From the NCBI RefSeq assembly GCF_006345805.1, contig NC_043005.1, positions 14,446,001 through 14,510,000 on the forward strand: DNA of 64,000 nucleotides, read 5' to 3'. Every line of letters starts with the position of its first letter. Position 1 is the stretch's first letter. The position numbers and the translations under genes were made by a program. The DNA comes from Octopus sinensis (Eukaryota). Positions 39,484 through 53,720 of this stretch are shown piece after piece. Under the pieces are notes generated by a model. That model searched no databases. It had not been told where the DNA came from and saw nothing but the letters and a program-made list of their open reading frames with translations.

Positions 39484-40286
39484 AGCGAGAGTGGGAGAGA
39501 GAGAGGGAGAGAGAGAGAAAAGACGCATCGACAGGAAGAAAAATATATAAACAAACAGCTGAAATGAGCTTTGTCACTGAAAACTATAGTGATGATAACG
39601 ATGGTGGTGGTGGTGTGGTGGTGGTGGTGGTGGTGGTGTGTTGTAGTGGTGGTGTGTTGATAGTGAAAATTATTATTTTTTTTAACTAAATCTATGATAC
39701 TATTCTTCTAACTCTTCATTCATACTTAATGCCTTCGTTTGCTAGAGAGGAGGAGGTGGAGTGAAAGAGAGGAAGAAGGAATGTCAGAGTGAGTGGGTGA
39801 CTGAGAAAACAGATAGCCAGCCGAAGCATTATGCTGTCACACAAGTGGTTAGTAGAAGTGATAGGTGAAGAGAAAGGGAGAAATGGTAAAGACACGAAGG
39901 GGGGAATTACGTGGTTAAAAAGTTTGTTGAAAAGGTAGAAAGAAAAAGAAGGAAAGAAGGAAATTTTAAAATCATAATATATATTATTGTAACTAGAAGT
40001 AAAATAACTCAGCAAAGAAAAAAATGGAAATTATCCTTTCTCTTTTAAATAGCTTCTCTTAATCTTTTTCGGGGTCTTTGTGATTTTCGTCGCTGTTTAG
40101 AATTTTTTTCCAATTGTTTTCAAATTCGGTATATGGGTTAAGTTTTGTATACTAACTATGGAAATGAAATTCATTTTCCCTATAAATCCATAATTAAAAA
40201 GTAATTAGCCATTAAAATATGCAAAATGATGGTATTTTAGCTAATCAGAAGCGAGTATTTTAGAGATCACCGAGGTGAAGAAGTCT

Positions 40287-40362
40287 GTTTCTATAGTAAC
40301 CTAAGCAAAGAAGCACCACGTGTTCCATAGCTTAATGCGAAGGACTCTGTTTCTATAGTAAC
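40287..40362. promoter_or_regulatory. Paired RFX X-box-like motifs
   Basis: GTTTCTATAGTAAC at 40287-40300 and 40349-40362 fits GTNNYY-AT-RGNAAC. Confidence 0.45.
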
Positions 40363-41895
40363 CAAAGATGCCGTGCGTGTGCACAAAGAGTGCAACCACT
40401 ACTTGTTCTATAATTGTTTGTTTTCATAACAGATGGGACTCACACTCAACAAATTGGAAGTACCTGGACATGGTTGACTCTTATCTTTGTGAATTTATGT
40501 GAAGAAGATACGAGAAAGATAATTTATTTTATAAAATCCTAGAGTGCATTGCAAACTTTCGTTCTTGAATTATTTTAACTAATACATGCCTTTTTTAAAT
40601 AATGTTTTGACTGTTATTTCCAGTAACTCCTGTTGGCTTGTTCGTAGCTTTTGAATATTCAATTTGCCAGCGGATGTTTTAATATTAACTTTGCTCGTGC
40701 ATATTTTAATGTTTTGACTGTTATTTCTAGCGACTCCAGTTGGTTTGTTTGTTCATAGCTTTTAAATATTTAATTTGCTCGCGTAGTTAGTTAAATGTTT
40801 TGACATATCGATGCACCCACCCCCGATGATGGAAGAGGCAGCGAAGATTGGCTGAAGATTCTGAAATTTATCAAACTTTGAACGCCTGTAACATCTTTGC
40901 AAAATTTTTCTGGAATAAATGAATAACAAATTCGGAATCAGCGTTAAAAAATTACATTTAAATGATACATTAAAAAAATTATATTATAGATAATTGTAAA
41001 CAATGATGAAAACCACAAAGATCCCTTTTTCGAAATGTGGAATTTCCATGGGCTCCACTTGTAATCATTAATATATTTATTGTCGCAAAAAAACGTAGTG
41101 TAGTGTACTAAATGGTAACGAGGGTAAGATTCTGACAAAACAATTCTGGAAGCTATTGGCGCTTTTACATTAGTTACGTCACTGATGTTGTTTGTAATGT
41201 GATAAACGTCATACACAGTCTTCTAGGTACACGAAAGTCGTGAGAGACGTCACCTATATGTGTGGATTTGAGACTAAATACATTATATGCGTGTGAATGT
41301 GTGTATTGTATGTCAGTGTGTAAGAACACACTGATACATATTCATCATTCATACAAACATACACACACACACACATACATATATATAAATATATATATGT
41401 ATAGTCTGCTATTGCCTGAAGTTGCTTTCGTCTGAAGCTTTATGCAGTTTCGACTTAAGCATGGGTCTGGATTTCTATGATAAACTCCACATTCAAATTG
41501 CTTGGAAATTAAGGCAACAGAATCGCTTTTTTAACCCAAGATGTGATGAAGGTATGTTGTCTGTCACAATCGAGATGATCTTTTATTTTAATGGCTTCGG
41601 CTGGAGGAGGTTGCGGATCTTCATGGTCTGTCTTTGTAGGTCCTCCAGCACTTCGAGATCGATACATTTCATGTTCCTATTGAATAAACTGCAAGTAGAT
41701 TATGGATAAGGAGAGGATTCCAGAAGGAAACGGTTTGAGAAAGAAGGAAAGTAAAACTGTCAAGAGTGGGTGTTGAGGTGAGAGTGAGATATGGGGTGAA
41801 CGCAGCGTGTGTCACGAGATGAAACCCTAGTTTACCCAGTTACAATCGCTGTACTTTTACAGGTCTCTATCTATCTCTGTCTCTTTGTCTCTGTC

Positions 41896-41975
<80 letters not shown>

Positions 41976-42099
41976 CCATCTATCTATTTCTTTTTCTCTT
42001 CCCCTTTTTTCCCTCTTTTTTCTTCTTTTTTCATTTTTCTTTTCCTTTGTTCCTTTTCCCTTTTTTCTTTTTTCTTTTCCTTTTTTTTGTTCTTTTTTC

Positions 42100-42235
42100 C
42101 CTTTTACGCTCCCTTTTGATCGAAAACCTACGCCACCTTTTTTTTTGCTTTTTTTTTCTTCATCCCCCCAAAGAAAAGCTCTACCTTGTAACTTGTCCCA
42201 TCTGCGTGCAGCCCTGTGTGGCCAATAAAGAAACT
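42100..42235 (+). mobile_element. Non-LTR (Tx1/L1-like) 3' end inserted in (TCTA)n
   Basis: Pyrimidine-rich UTR, GCAGCCCTGTGTGGCCAATAAAGAAA, then microsatellite; related end on the minus strand at ~24931. Confidence 0.5.
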
Positions 42236-42331
42236 TATCTATCTATCTATCCATCCATCCATCCATCCATCATCCATCCATCCATCCGTCCGTCCGTCCG
42301 TCCGTCCGTCCGTCCGTCCGTCCGTCCGTCC

Positions 42332-42381
<50 letters not shown>

Positions 42382-42404
42382 ATATCTATCTATCTATCTA
42401 TTTC

Positions 42405-42464
<60 letters not shown>

Positions 42465-43290
42465 CCTGCTTCTGTGTTTCGCTGTTAGATTATCTGAAAT
42501 CATGTTTAATCCAGTTAGTATCCTTATCCTTTTACAATAGGTTTCCCTCTATGTTTCTCTTTCTGTTTTTTTCTTCCTCAACTCCTTCCCATCTTTCTAG
42601 CTAGATTGAGATTTACAACCTAGATGGACCGAGACAAAAGTGTTCCATTATGATAGTTTCTACTTATCTTAGTTTCGTTTTTCGAATGCGGCACAAGCGA
42701 AAAAAAAACCCTAATGATCTTGTTTTCGACTTATATTTTTGCAGTCTGTGACGCTTCAGACTTCTTACACTGGTGAGAAGAAATTATTCCTAGAACACCA
42801 CTAAAGGATGTTCTAAGAATTAAGTGTTAGGTGATGATTTTAAACGTTTCTTTGGATAGCAATAGAAGTGGAAGAGAGAGGAGATAGCACGTCTGGGAGC
42901 CAGGGATGGTGTATGTTGGTGAACAACTTTATACTGATCAGTCGCTTGGCCTTTTCCTTGAACGCCATTTCAGATGTCTGTGTGAGTAACAGCAGCAGTA
43001 CTGTCCCAGATATGGGAGCAAGAACTCAATGTTGCTTTCAAGTTTTGTATAGGGTTTCTTGTTGTTGCGAGTGTTGCCCAAGCTTTTAGTTCTGACTCTG
43101 AAGCGGAAGGTCAGTCTTTGCTATATAGAAGGTGTAAAACGACTTGGTGAGTGAGTACATCAGCATTTCTATCGACTTAGAGGGTTCTAGCTACGTGTTA
43201 TACATGTTTAGGAAGCTTTGTGGACTCTAAAATTTTCTTGATTTGTGAAGTAGTTGTATCTTTGTGTTGTTGAAGGAGACGATATTGTAA

Positions 43291-43673
43291 TGGAAGCACT
43301 CCGTCGGTTACGACGATGAGGGTTCCGGTTGATCCGATCAACGGAACAGCCTGCTCGTGAAATTAACGTGTAAGTGGCTGAGCACTCCACAGACACGTGT
43401 ACCCTTAACGTAGTTCTCGGGGATATTCAGCGTGACACAGAGAGTGACAAGGCCGGCCCTTTGAAATACAGGTACAACAGAAACAGGAAGTAAGAGTGAG
43501 AGAAAGTTGTGGTGAAAGAGTACAGCAGGGATCACCACCATCCCTGCCGGAGCCTCGTGGAGCTTTTTAGGTGTTTTCGCTCAATAAACACCCACAACGC
43601 CAGGTCTGAGAATCGAAATCGCGATCCTACGACCGCGAGTCCGCTGCCCTAACCACTGGGCCATTGCGCCTCC
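43291..43673 (-). mobile_element. SINE family B, full-length
   Basis: Near-identical to 23287-23669; imperfect TSD ATATTGT(A/C)AT. Confidence 0.92.
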
Positions 43674-44395
43674 AATATTGTCATGACACCATTAGAGAAG
43701 GTTCTTACTGTCTCTGCTTGCAAATTTGGCGTGAGATATTTAGGTTGCTTATGGATGACTCACAAACGAGGAAGATTAGGAAGGAAGAACGGACGGTGGT
43801 TTAATTTGCATAAGGGATAATACTGTTTAAGGTAACTGCGAGTAGATTGTTGATAAGTTAAGTGTTAGTGGGAGAGAACTCCATTTACATTTACACTCGG
43901 TTGCGATAGTGTAATTTGATACGATTCAAGAGACGAGAGTTAGATGATGTGTATAATAGGTAGTTTAACTTGAAGACACGATTGCTAGACACACTCGAAT
44001 ACTTTGCTGGTATCGAATGCAGAAATAACTGCTTTCACTAAATTCCGTGAGGGCGAGAGCCACTGGGAGTAACATAGGATAGTTGGTCTCAAGTAGATCC
44101 GGCTGTACAGAAATTACATTGGCTGTCGTTACTGGTGGGGGGAGATGGAGAAGTGGGAAGAAAAGACAAAGAAATAGAGAAAGAGAGATAGGGAGAGGGG
44201 GAGAAAGTGGAGATTGGGAGATACGAGGCGTTAGAAATTCTGGTTGTTAATGATTGCCTCCTTCACCTTTGATACAGTGCAAGTGAGAACGAAAAGGTAA
44301 GCGGAGTTGTTCTGCCATAGAATGGGACATGCTGAGAGTGTTTCTAAAGATTTGGATAGAGTTCTGGAGTGAGAATGAGAGAGAAAAAGAGAAAT

Positions 44396-44467
<72 letters not shown>

Positions 44468-46593
44468 AATAGTGCGGGGATTGAAAGGTTTGACTAGGAT
44501 TGAGATTATCTCCGGGACACATGATTTGAGGGAAATTGAAGGAATGCTGTCAGATATGGTGGCATTGTTAATTCGAGGCGTCGAAAGATTATTTCGCACT
44601 TGTTCGGGTCGTTACCAACACGTGTTGTTTTTCCCTTTTGGCTTAATATATCTTGGACTACTTTTTTTTATGTGTAGTTCTTCTTTAAAGAGATAATATG
44701 GTGCATATTTGAAGGAGATTTGACTGCTATTACAATTTAAATCAGCAACCACGTAAAGGTTCACGCACTGGCCGCTGATAGTGTATGTATTATTGATCCT
44801 GACCAGCATTGATTCATCAAATCCATACCCCAAGGTGTTTCATTTGCGATAATTCTGTCGTTTTTACACACATCGAATGTAATTAGGATAGCATTATCCA
44901 AATTGTGTTCCCCTTTTAACACAATGAAATCAAGATTTGAGTGTCATATCTTGCAGGCCGATCGGCGATTGAAAGACCACTCCATTGGACTATGAAGAAG
45001 ATATGTTTTTGGTATGGTGGTGGGCAAGAAATGTTGGATTTATAAATCATGCTAGCACCGTAGATAAAGTGAGGTTTCCTGATGTGACATTTGTATTCAC
45101 ATGAAGTCCATAGCCAAAGCTCTTTTTAAGACTTCCAAAAATAGTAGGAGGAAGAAAGAAAGTTATCTTTAGGCTGTAGAGTTGGATAAAATCTTTGTAA
45201 GGGAATGGACTAAACTAAAGCACTCAAGGGTCAGGTGGTCGGGTTAACTATCTCCGTAAGTAGATGTGGTCGGTTGAGCGGATCCCAACCTTCCACATGC
45301 AATGATTTCTCCATAATCCGGCATCAGACGAAAAGTTTTATTTATGCTCTACTATAGCTAGCCAAAGCTAATGATGCCCCGATGGTAGAAGAGTATGTTT
45401 GTTGAGGGTAATTGACACCTATTAGAGTAAGAAATGCGACGCAAGTGAATCTAAGTAGCCTTCGGTGACAGTCTTGGCAATGATGAATAGAATAAAGATT
45501 AATACACAGGTAAATATTCCAATGAAACACCGTTTATTTATCTTGTTTAAATAACAGATCCCTTTCTGAATCACAGAGATCTATACTGTTATTGTTGCTG
45601 TTGTGATGGCGGCAGTGCATTTCAAAGGCAGCCCTAATTGAACAGACCTAAAAGATAGATAAGAATAAGCCTGATACTTATCAATGATTTTCGTAGTATT
45701 AAGCAGATGTGAGGTAAATATTTTACATGATATAACAATGTTCTTTCAAAAGAGGCTTTTCCTTTTTGGGAGAAACTGAATTCTACGCTGTGCGTCACCA
45801 AATGCTGGTCAAATTCAACATGTTGCTGCTGCTTAGAAGTGTGAACCCCACTAACAGCCAATTAGATCGAATCCTTAAAAGAGTGGTGGATACGAAAGTG
45901 AGGCTGTGACAGGATACAAACTACCTACAACCTATTGTTTTTTCTGATTAGCCTATTAATTTAGCAACCTTTCGTATCTGAGCATCCTTTACTCTTCTAA
46001 TCAAGTCAACTAATATTGTTTGACTGCAACCCAAAGATATTAATCGATAAACCAACCAGGTATTTCTCTTAGGAGTAGATATAGTCGAATGAAATGAACG
46101 TTTCAGTGGTCTCCAATAAGCCTTGTGTCATGGCCAAATGCATTTAAATCTTGTATGCATTTCTGTGAAATAAATATTTCGTAATCCTTGTAGAACAACA
46201 GAGATCCAAAGACCTTGTGCTTTATATTGGTTTCTGTAGAACAAAGCAAATGAGAGACAAATCTCTCCTTGACTACAACATTGGCCTCGTGTAGGTAGAA
46301 TTTAGTGTGCTAAGATTTAAATTAAATATTACAAACCAAGCACTCGTTACTTCCATAGTACTTCCGCTGCTTAAGGATTTGGGGACAGATTGGTACCTAC
46401 TTAGTTTAATGCTATTGACCATTGAGAATTAAGTAACTTAACGATGGACAATGCATTAGAAATGACAGACGTACGAACCATATGTATAAGAATGAATAAA
46501 AAAAATTAAATAGATAAAATTAGATTCGAAGAAAGAAAATGAACAAGTAATTGAATAACTGTAAAATTTATTTTTGATTTAAATATTTTCTAG

Positions 46594-47156
46594 CGATTCT
46601 TGCAGCAGAAAAAGTTAAAAGATATGCAAGGCTTCACCCAGGCGAAGAAATACCTTCGTATATTCGCCGGAGAAGGAGAAATATATATGAACTATTACCC
46701 CATCCACCGATACTCGCACACAGATTATATAAGAGACCATTACATAAAATACAACCGTTAAAACAAGATCTTAAGTATCCTCACCTTCAGAGACGTAGAC
46801 GTCTCTCAATAAAAAGCGAACAGCTGAAAACAACATTGTTGCAAAATTGCGATATCCGACCGTACTATTTAAATGATTTTGAAAAGAATGAACAATTTTA
46901 CCAGAATGTGTTTCCTCTACTTGGTGAATGGAATAAGGACAACGAGTGCTCTTTTGTACAATATACAGAGGAAAGTATTGAAAGGAAAACGAGCGAAGAC
47001 CAGAAAATATTCTGGAAAAAGGCAAAAGCATCGCAACAAAAGTACAGCAATAAGCTAGATAAAATGTTGAATCAGTTGATGGACGAAAAACTAGTGATTT
47101 CAAAGACTAATCTCTCTTCAGATGTGTTTTATCCCTGGAAATGGAAAACAAAATAA
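46594..47156 (+). CDS. Candidate terminal coding exon of an unidentified host gene (~187 aa)
   Basis: Stop-free frame 46578-47156 in unique sequence, acceptor TATTTTCTAG at 46584-46593, AATAAA overlapping the stop; ILAAEKVKRYARLHPGEEIPSYIRRRRRNIYELLPHPP...DVFYPWKWKTK*. Confidence 0.6.
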
Positions 47157-47320
47157 AGATAGCAACAACATTATTACCAACAACAAATATAGCAAGAAGA
47201 AAAACAAGATGTAAAGGACATTAAAGAGAGGCCATACAAATGTATATGGGGTGGGAAAGACGAGTTACACAAAGACGAAGGGAGGCTGAAGTATAAGAAA
47301 ACATTGATTAAAACAAGATA

Positions 47321-47833
47321 TCTATATATATAAAACTGTAGTTGTGTGAGTGTCTGTTCCCTTCGATTTAGATTCCTAACTACTCCCACATTTTGCGGTG
47401 CAGTTTAACCAAATTCGGGTATCTTATAGTCGTGATTCATATCAAGCCCTTCTGGGTATTAGCACGCGTCTACAATGAGTCTACGATTTAAAAAATAATT
47501 TAACATAATTTTTTATTCCATTTTAATGCATAATTTTTCGTGTGTCGACGGCGGCGGAGTTGGCGTCCATGGTCACACCTGCACCTGTTTGCTTCTCCTC
47601 CTTCTTCCCTCCCTCGTGAAGCTGTGGAGAAGGGAGTGTAAGGAAATCAACGTCGTAAAGCGTTGTCAAGGAGACCAGCGTTCTTTTAGAACAACGACTT
47701 CATGGCTTGAAGTCACCAAAACAGAAATGGCTAAGAAAGCCCGAATTGGCATCTATAAGGGAAGTAACTCTCTAAAAATGCTTATATAGTTATTTCCCTT
47801 ACAAACCCGAGCAACGCCGGGCGATACTGCTAG
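47321..47833 (+). mobile_element. Non-autonomous Helitron, same family as 25385-25780, different middle
   Basis: A|TCTATATATATAAAAC start, same hairpin and CTAG|T end. Confidence 0.87.
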
Positions 47834-50073
47834 TATACACATAAGATTGAAATGTTCACTTTTGTTGATCACGGCAGCTTGATTGCGTTGTTTCCCCGCT
47901 ACGATATTTCTTTAATTTATCATTGAAGACTTACTTGGTTGTACGGACAAATAAGGACTCAAGTTCTTTGATAGTTGACAGATAAAATGATGTAAGTATT
48001 CCAGGTAACTTTTTCTAATATTTTATCATTTTCGGGTTCTCTGTTGTTTGATCCCATCTCCAGCCCGATCAGCTCTTTGTCAAGATCGTCCTCACGGATT
48101 TCTTAAAGGTTTTTTTTTTTATTGCATCTTCGAATGGTTGTGAAGACTATTTAATTCGTGTAGAGGGATGAATTGTATATCACTTCAAGTAGGTTTCCTG
48201 TCATAAGAGATAAGACTCCTCTTCATCAGTAGGTGCTTCTCTTGCCGAAAGACAGGACTTTTTCACAAGAGATTGAATCTTCACCGAAGAGCATCTCCTC
48301 ATAAAAAGTATACCCACGCTTTCTAATAGTCTTTAGTTTCCTGATCTTGTTCGGTTTCCCTCTAGGCTTCATCTAATGGATGGAATAGTACTTCTGTGAA
48401 GGGCTGCTTCTAGGTCGTTTAATTTTCGTTGTTGTTGCTGTTGCTGTTGCTCTTAGGTTGGAAATGGACGTTCTTAAGGATTCTTGGTTAACTTCTGGAG
48501 ACAGAAAGATTTATTTAATGACTCCAGAGTTTTCTTGGTGCCGCCTTTGGACCCGCAACAGCTATTGTTACTATTGTCATTGGTTTTGTTCTTTTAAACC
48601 TTCTGGAAGAAAAGACCTTAAATGTGTGACAGCCAGGCTTTTTGCTCCGCATATTGAGATTTAGTGCCTTCCTCCTAGAGGAGTCTACTACAGAGCAAAA
48701 CAGGGGTACTGTCTTGTGGTCTTGAGGGATCGTGAGAACTAGAATGTTTATGATGTCCTTACATGACCACATATAGCCGAAAGTCACGCCTACTATGACT
48801 ACCGTTCCTTATTGTTATACGAAAGAAGCTACCAATATATCCCTTATCTCCTTGACAGTGGTTCACGTGATTGTCTTTTCGAATGTTGTAGAACAAGTTT
48901 ATGAGAAAGTATATTACATACAAAATTGTGTTTGCGTTTTAGCCTAGCTCTGTTTTAACAATGGCACGTATGGTGCCATATTCCACACCTCTTTCAATAA
49001 AGGGGATTTTATTCAATGTATATGTCAGGGCTTTCTGAGAGACTTTTTGGATGGAACAAGGAAAGCACCTGTGGACTTTGCAAGGCACAGGTAAACTGCT
49101 TTCATACACTTGTGCACCTCTGTGATAGATTGGGACAAGTTAGCACTCGTCTTGTGAACAAAATACTGCCATACTTTAGCAAAGTGTATAATGTCTCAAG
49201 CTTTTTGGTTCAAAAGATCGCTTGCGAACGATGGTCCTTAGCGGGAGTTCGTCACACATTCGGTTGACAAAGTACGTATGTGCATTATTGTCGTTAAGTA
49301 GTTAGTGTAAGCTAAGATTGTAAAAACCACAACGGAGACGACGTAGCCCTCTATTTACAGAGTTCTAAGGATGTGAGAACCCAGCAAAGATTTTAACCAA
49401 AATATGTACAAATGAACACGTAGATACATACGCACAAAACAGGAACTTAAAGATTTAGGCACCCATCCAACATATCCACCCCGCTAAAACTCTATACACA
49501 TGAAACCTCTACACAAAATTCCAACCGTACACAAATACCAGCCTCTGATTTCCGGCAGATATTTTCACCAAACTCTTGTTACCCTATAGTATCAGGCGTG
49601 CAGTAACATGCCAGATACTTTGGGGCCAAGAGACATAGCACTTGATAAACCCTTGCTCAGTACACCTCCCGTAAGTTCATTTCGATTTTTTCGCAGCACA
49701 AACAGACCAGCTATGACAATTTAACCTCCACTAACTAAGAATAGCAGCCATATTTTTTATTTTTTCCATATCTGCCACCTCTGAGGAGCATGTGGTATTA
49801 CTTAGCTGTACTGCTATCTAATATCCTGTTATCTAATAACCAGTGCGAAACGTGCCCTCATATATTATGTGATAGAGTGAGTGTCGCAAAGCATTCTATC
49901 TGATACTCTAACAATCCTGCCAATACACGGTCTTTAGATACACGCGCATGCGTGCCGTATGTATTTTCTTAGAACAAGAGATAACATCGGGGGAAATCAA
50001 GGAAACAACTCAGCTAGATTCCTGGTTAAATCTGTTTCACTCCAATTTTGCTGTTAAAGCAGTGGGTTATATA

Positions 50074-50104
<31 letters not shown>

Positions 50105-50224
50105 ATCATTACAGATATAGGGTAAAGAATTATTAATTTAATAATTAAGACATTTTACCAAGTAGTTTCGGTATGAAAAAACCTATTATCAGTAGAAACT
50201 TTTACAAAAAAGTTTTTTTATATA

Positions 50225-50259
50225 TAATTATAATTATATATATACATATATATATGTAA

Positions 50260-50292
<33 letters not shown>

Positions 50293-50458
50293 TGTATGTA
50301 TGTATGTATGTATGTATGTATGTATGTATGTATGTATGTATGTATGTATGTATGTATGTATGTATGTGTGAATGTATGTATGTATGTATGTATGTATGTA
50401 TGTATGTATGTATGTGTGTGCGTGTGTGTGCATGTGTGTATGTGTGTGTGTGTGTGTA
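50225..50458. repeat. (TATG)n microsatellite
   Basis: Direct reading. Confidence 0.97.
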
Positions 50459-51424
50459 GGATAAGATATTCTTGAACTGTAGTGTAGTATAATATATTGT
50501 AGTAATTGTGTAGTAGGTAGTGTAGTATAGTACATGTATGGTACGACAGACTTCTAACAAGTCCACTTCGCGATCATGAAGTCCTGAATACGATGCAACG
50601 CGCAACATTTTGGGCAATGATTTAGTGAGTGGTGTTGGTTAGACGGAAATTGTATAGAAATCTTCTCAGGTTGACTGATTCTAGGCCTTCCCTGCCTAAA
50701 GTTCCTTCAATTCTCTCCACATCTAGAATGGACCATTTTCCTTCTACAGTTTCATCTGTAACATTTTCCCTTCGTCCATACCGCTACTTTACACAGTCGT
50801 TCGTCCCTTCCATGTTCAGAACTGATTCGTCCATACGTACAAAAATGTTATCTACTGTATTAAAAACAACCGTGATTTACTACACGAAAGTGAAAACTAT
50901 CTCAGGGTAGCTGATTGTTTAAAAATTGGACGTCCGACGAAATAACACCGTATCATGAATTCCCGTTGCCCATACTTCAACGCTCTAGATCACACGAAGT
51001 TTATAATTCAATGAATGGGTAGTTCAGTTTATCGCACAACTGACGATACTGTCCGCTGAAAGCGACAGATAGTCGCATACGTTACATACTTTAGCACATG
51101 GAAATGTTGGTTTTTTGGTGATCGACTCTAACAGAATTTAAACTCAAAGTCAACGGCCCAGACTGAATTAATCCAAATATATACCATTTCTAGCAATTAC
51201 TTATATTACGTTAACCTTTTAACGATAGATATGTTTCGTATAAATTCTTGCAGTCGAGGACAGAAGAATGCAATGAATGCCTAGGAAAGGTCTAAAAGGT
51301 CAGTTCATTCTAATTTATCTCTTAGTGCAAAAAGGCTAGAACAATTGGCCGAGGACTTATTTGACAATGCAGAAAAATGTGGATTCTGTTTCGAAAGAAA
51401 AAGTCCTACAAGCTTATAACAACA

Positions 51425-51628
51425 TTTTTCTACTATAGACACAAGGTCTGAAGCTTGTGGGGTAAGTGGACAAGTCAGTCTATCATATCGACCCCAGTGC
51501 CCATTTGGTGCTTACTTTAACGATCCTGAAAGGATGAAAGGCAGAATTTGAACTCACGTCGTAAAATCAGAAGAAATACTGCTAGGCATTTTGTCTGGGT
51601 CAGCTAACGATTGTGCCAGTTCGCCTCC
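51425..51628 (-). mobile_element. SINE family C, diverged
   Basis: ATCGACCCCAGTGC, GAAAGGATGAAAGGCA, GCTAACGATT..GCCAG. Confidence 0.75.
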
Positions 51629-51965
51629 AAACATAATAATGATATTTGATATAGGCAAACTGCTGTCAATATACAAGCAACGGGAATAGACTACTATATT
51701 GATCTCACTTACCTGCTATTTATTTTATTAACTTCCACAATGAATTAAACGGGTGAAATCTATCTTATTAGGATTTGAACTCAAAATGTAAGGGACGCAA
51801 CTAGATATTGCAAGGAATCTAATCTGTCGCGTTTCTGATCTTATACTCTGCATTGCACAAGTTTGGAAAATTAAATACTTTACATAGAACAGATTCCTTA
51901 GACAGAGAGTAAAGAAAGGCGTATGGAAACATCTAAGAATGATTACAATATTATGTTTAATTCAA

Positions 51966-52257
51966 TACATACATACACACACACATACATACATACATAC
52001 ATACATACATACACTCACACACACACATATACATACATACACACACACATACCTACATACATACACGCACACACACACATACATATATACATACATACAT
52101 ACATACACACACATACCTACCTACATACATACATACATACACTCACACACACATATATACATATATACATACATACATACATACACACACATACCTACAT
52201 ACATACACACATACATACACGCACACACACACACACATACATACATACATACATACA

Positions 52258-52286
<29 letters not shown>
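51966..52286. repeat. (CATA)/(CA) microsatellite
   Basis: Direct reading. Confidence 0.97.
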
Positions 52287-52287
<1 letters not shown>

Positions 52288-52288
<1 letters not shown>

Positions 52289-52963
52289 TGCAAAGGGCTA
52301 ATGCAGACTCCATCCTTACGACCATTTTCGCCGTCTTGCTAAAAGTCACTTTTGCCGTTTCCCTTATATTTTTTTCATCCTTGATGTGGTAAATAGCAGA
52401 TTCATTGATGACGTAATGGCGGCCTAATTCCACATACTCTCTCCCTTTCATATGCATGTCGAGGAATTTCACCTTCTCTGCAATACTAAGCATCTTCCTC
52501 TGGCGCTTGGGTTCACTGCCAGAAGCCTTAGAAAGTGCAGAAAGCTTGGGCGACATCATAGAGCTTCAAATAAATCCACAATTTTATACACAAATGCAAA
52601 ACAATACTACATACTCACCTCCCGAGTTTCGTTTTCCATATAGTATGTGCGATTCTTAGTTTTCTCATCTACAGTACACTATGTATTTTCTTTTAATATA
52701 TTTTAATTAATGTGCTATACAGTGCAGTACTATACTGTATTTTTATTTCATGATTTATTAAAATCCCAAGGGCCCTCAAAATCAAAAATAAGGCGTGACA
52801 ATGCTTATTTTACAAAAGAAATAGTTAAAATACAAATACCTGTTGGCCGCAGAAATGCGATGTACTGAGGAGTCCGTGATATAAATTTACATATATTAGC
52901 TTGAAAAATCCGCGGTGTACTGAGGGCGTGATAGGTAGATCGCGATATGGCGAGTGATAACTG
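52288..52963 (-). mobile_element. Pogo/Tigger-like transposon end with CENP-B-type HTH fragment
   Basis: MSPK..PKRQRKMLSIAEKVKFLD..LGRHYVINESAIYHIK..RMESAL; terminus TA|CAGTTATCACTCGCCATATCGCG. Confidence 0.8.
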
Positions 52964-53217
52964 TATAACGAAGCAGGGTAACAACATAACAATCCAACAA
53001 ACTCTCCACGAACTCTCCACGAACCAACAAACGATATTCCGACAAACTACCAAAACGACACCTTACGATTTCTTGCGATTAACGCCTGCTCTCTCTGTCT
53101 CTCTCTGTCTCTCTCTGTTTCTCTCTCTCTCTCTCTCTCTCTCTCAATCAGACCGCTACTATTTATAGTTCAGTCAAGTCTATTCTCGCAGGAGGTGTCG
53201 CGACTCTCGCCACAACA

Positions 53218-53621
53218 CATACATACATACATACATACATACATACATACATACATACATACATACATACATACATACATACATACACACACACACATAC
53301 ATACATACATACATGCATGCATACATACATGCATACATACATACATACATACACACACATACATACATACATACATGCATACATACATACATACATAATA
53401 CATACATACATGCATACATACATACATACACACACACATACATACATACATGCATGCATACATACATACATACATACATGCATGCATACATACATACATA
53501 CACACACACATACATACATACATGCATGCATACATATACATACATACATACATACATACATACATACATACATACATACACACACATACATACATACATG
53601 CATGCATACATACACACATAC

Positions 53622-53652
<31 letters not shown>

Positions 53653-53720
53653 CATACATACATACATACATACATACATGTATCATTATGTGTATGTATG
53701 TATGTATGCATGCATGTATG
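53218..53720. repeat. (CATA)n microsatellite
   Basis: Direct reading. Confidence 0.97.

Larger units (their letters stand above)
41400..45500 (-). pseudogene. Fragmented ancient CR1/Jockey-like LINE interrupted by younger repeats
   Basis: Scattered weak remnants (GYGFDES, KAKRLI-like); no long frame. Confidence 0.4.

Noticed and set aside
47900-48900. Possible decayed LINE ORF1 on the minus strand
   Set aside because: Only a faint zinc-knuckle-like remnant; too degraded to call
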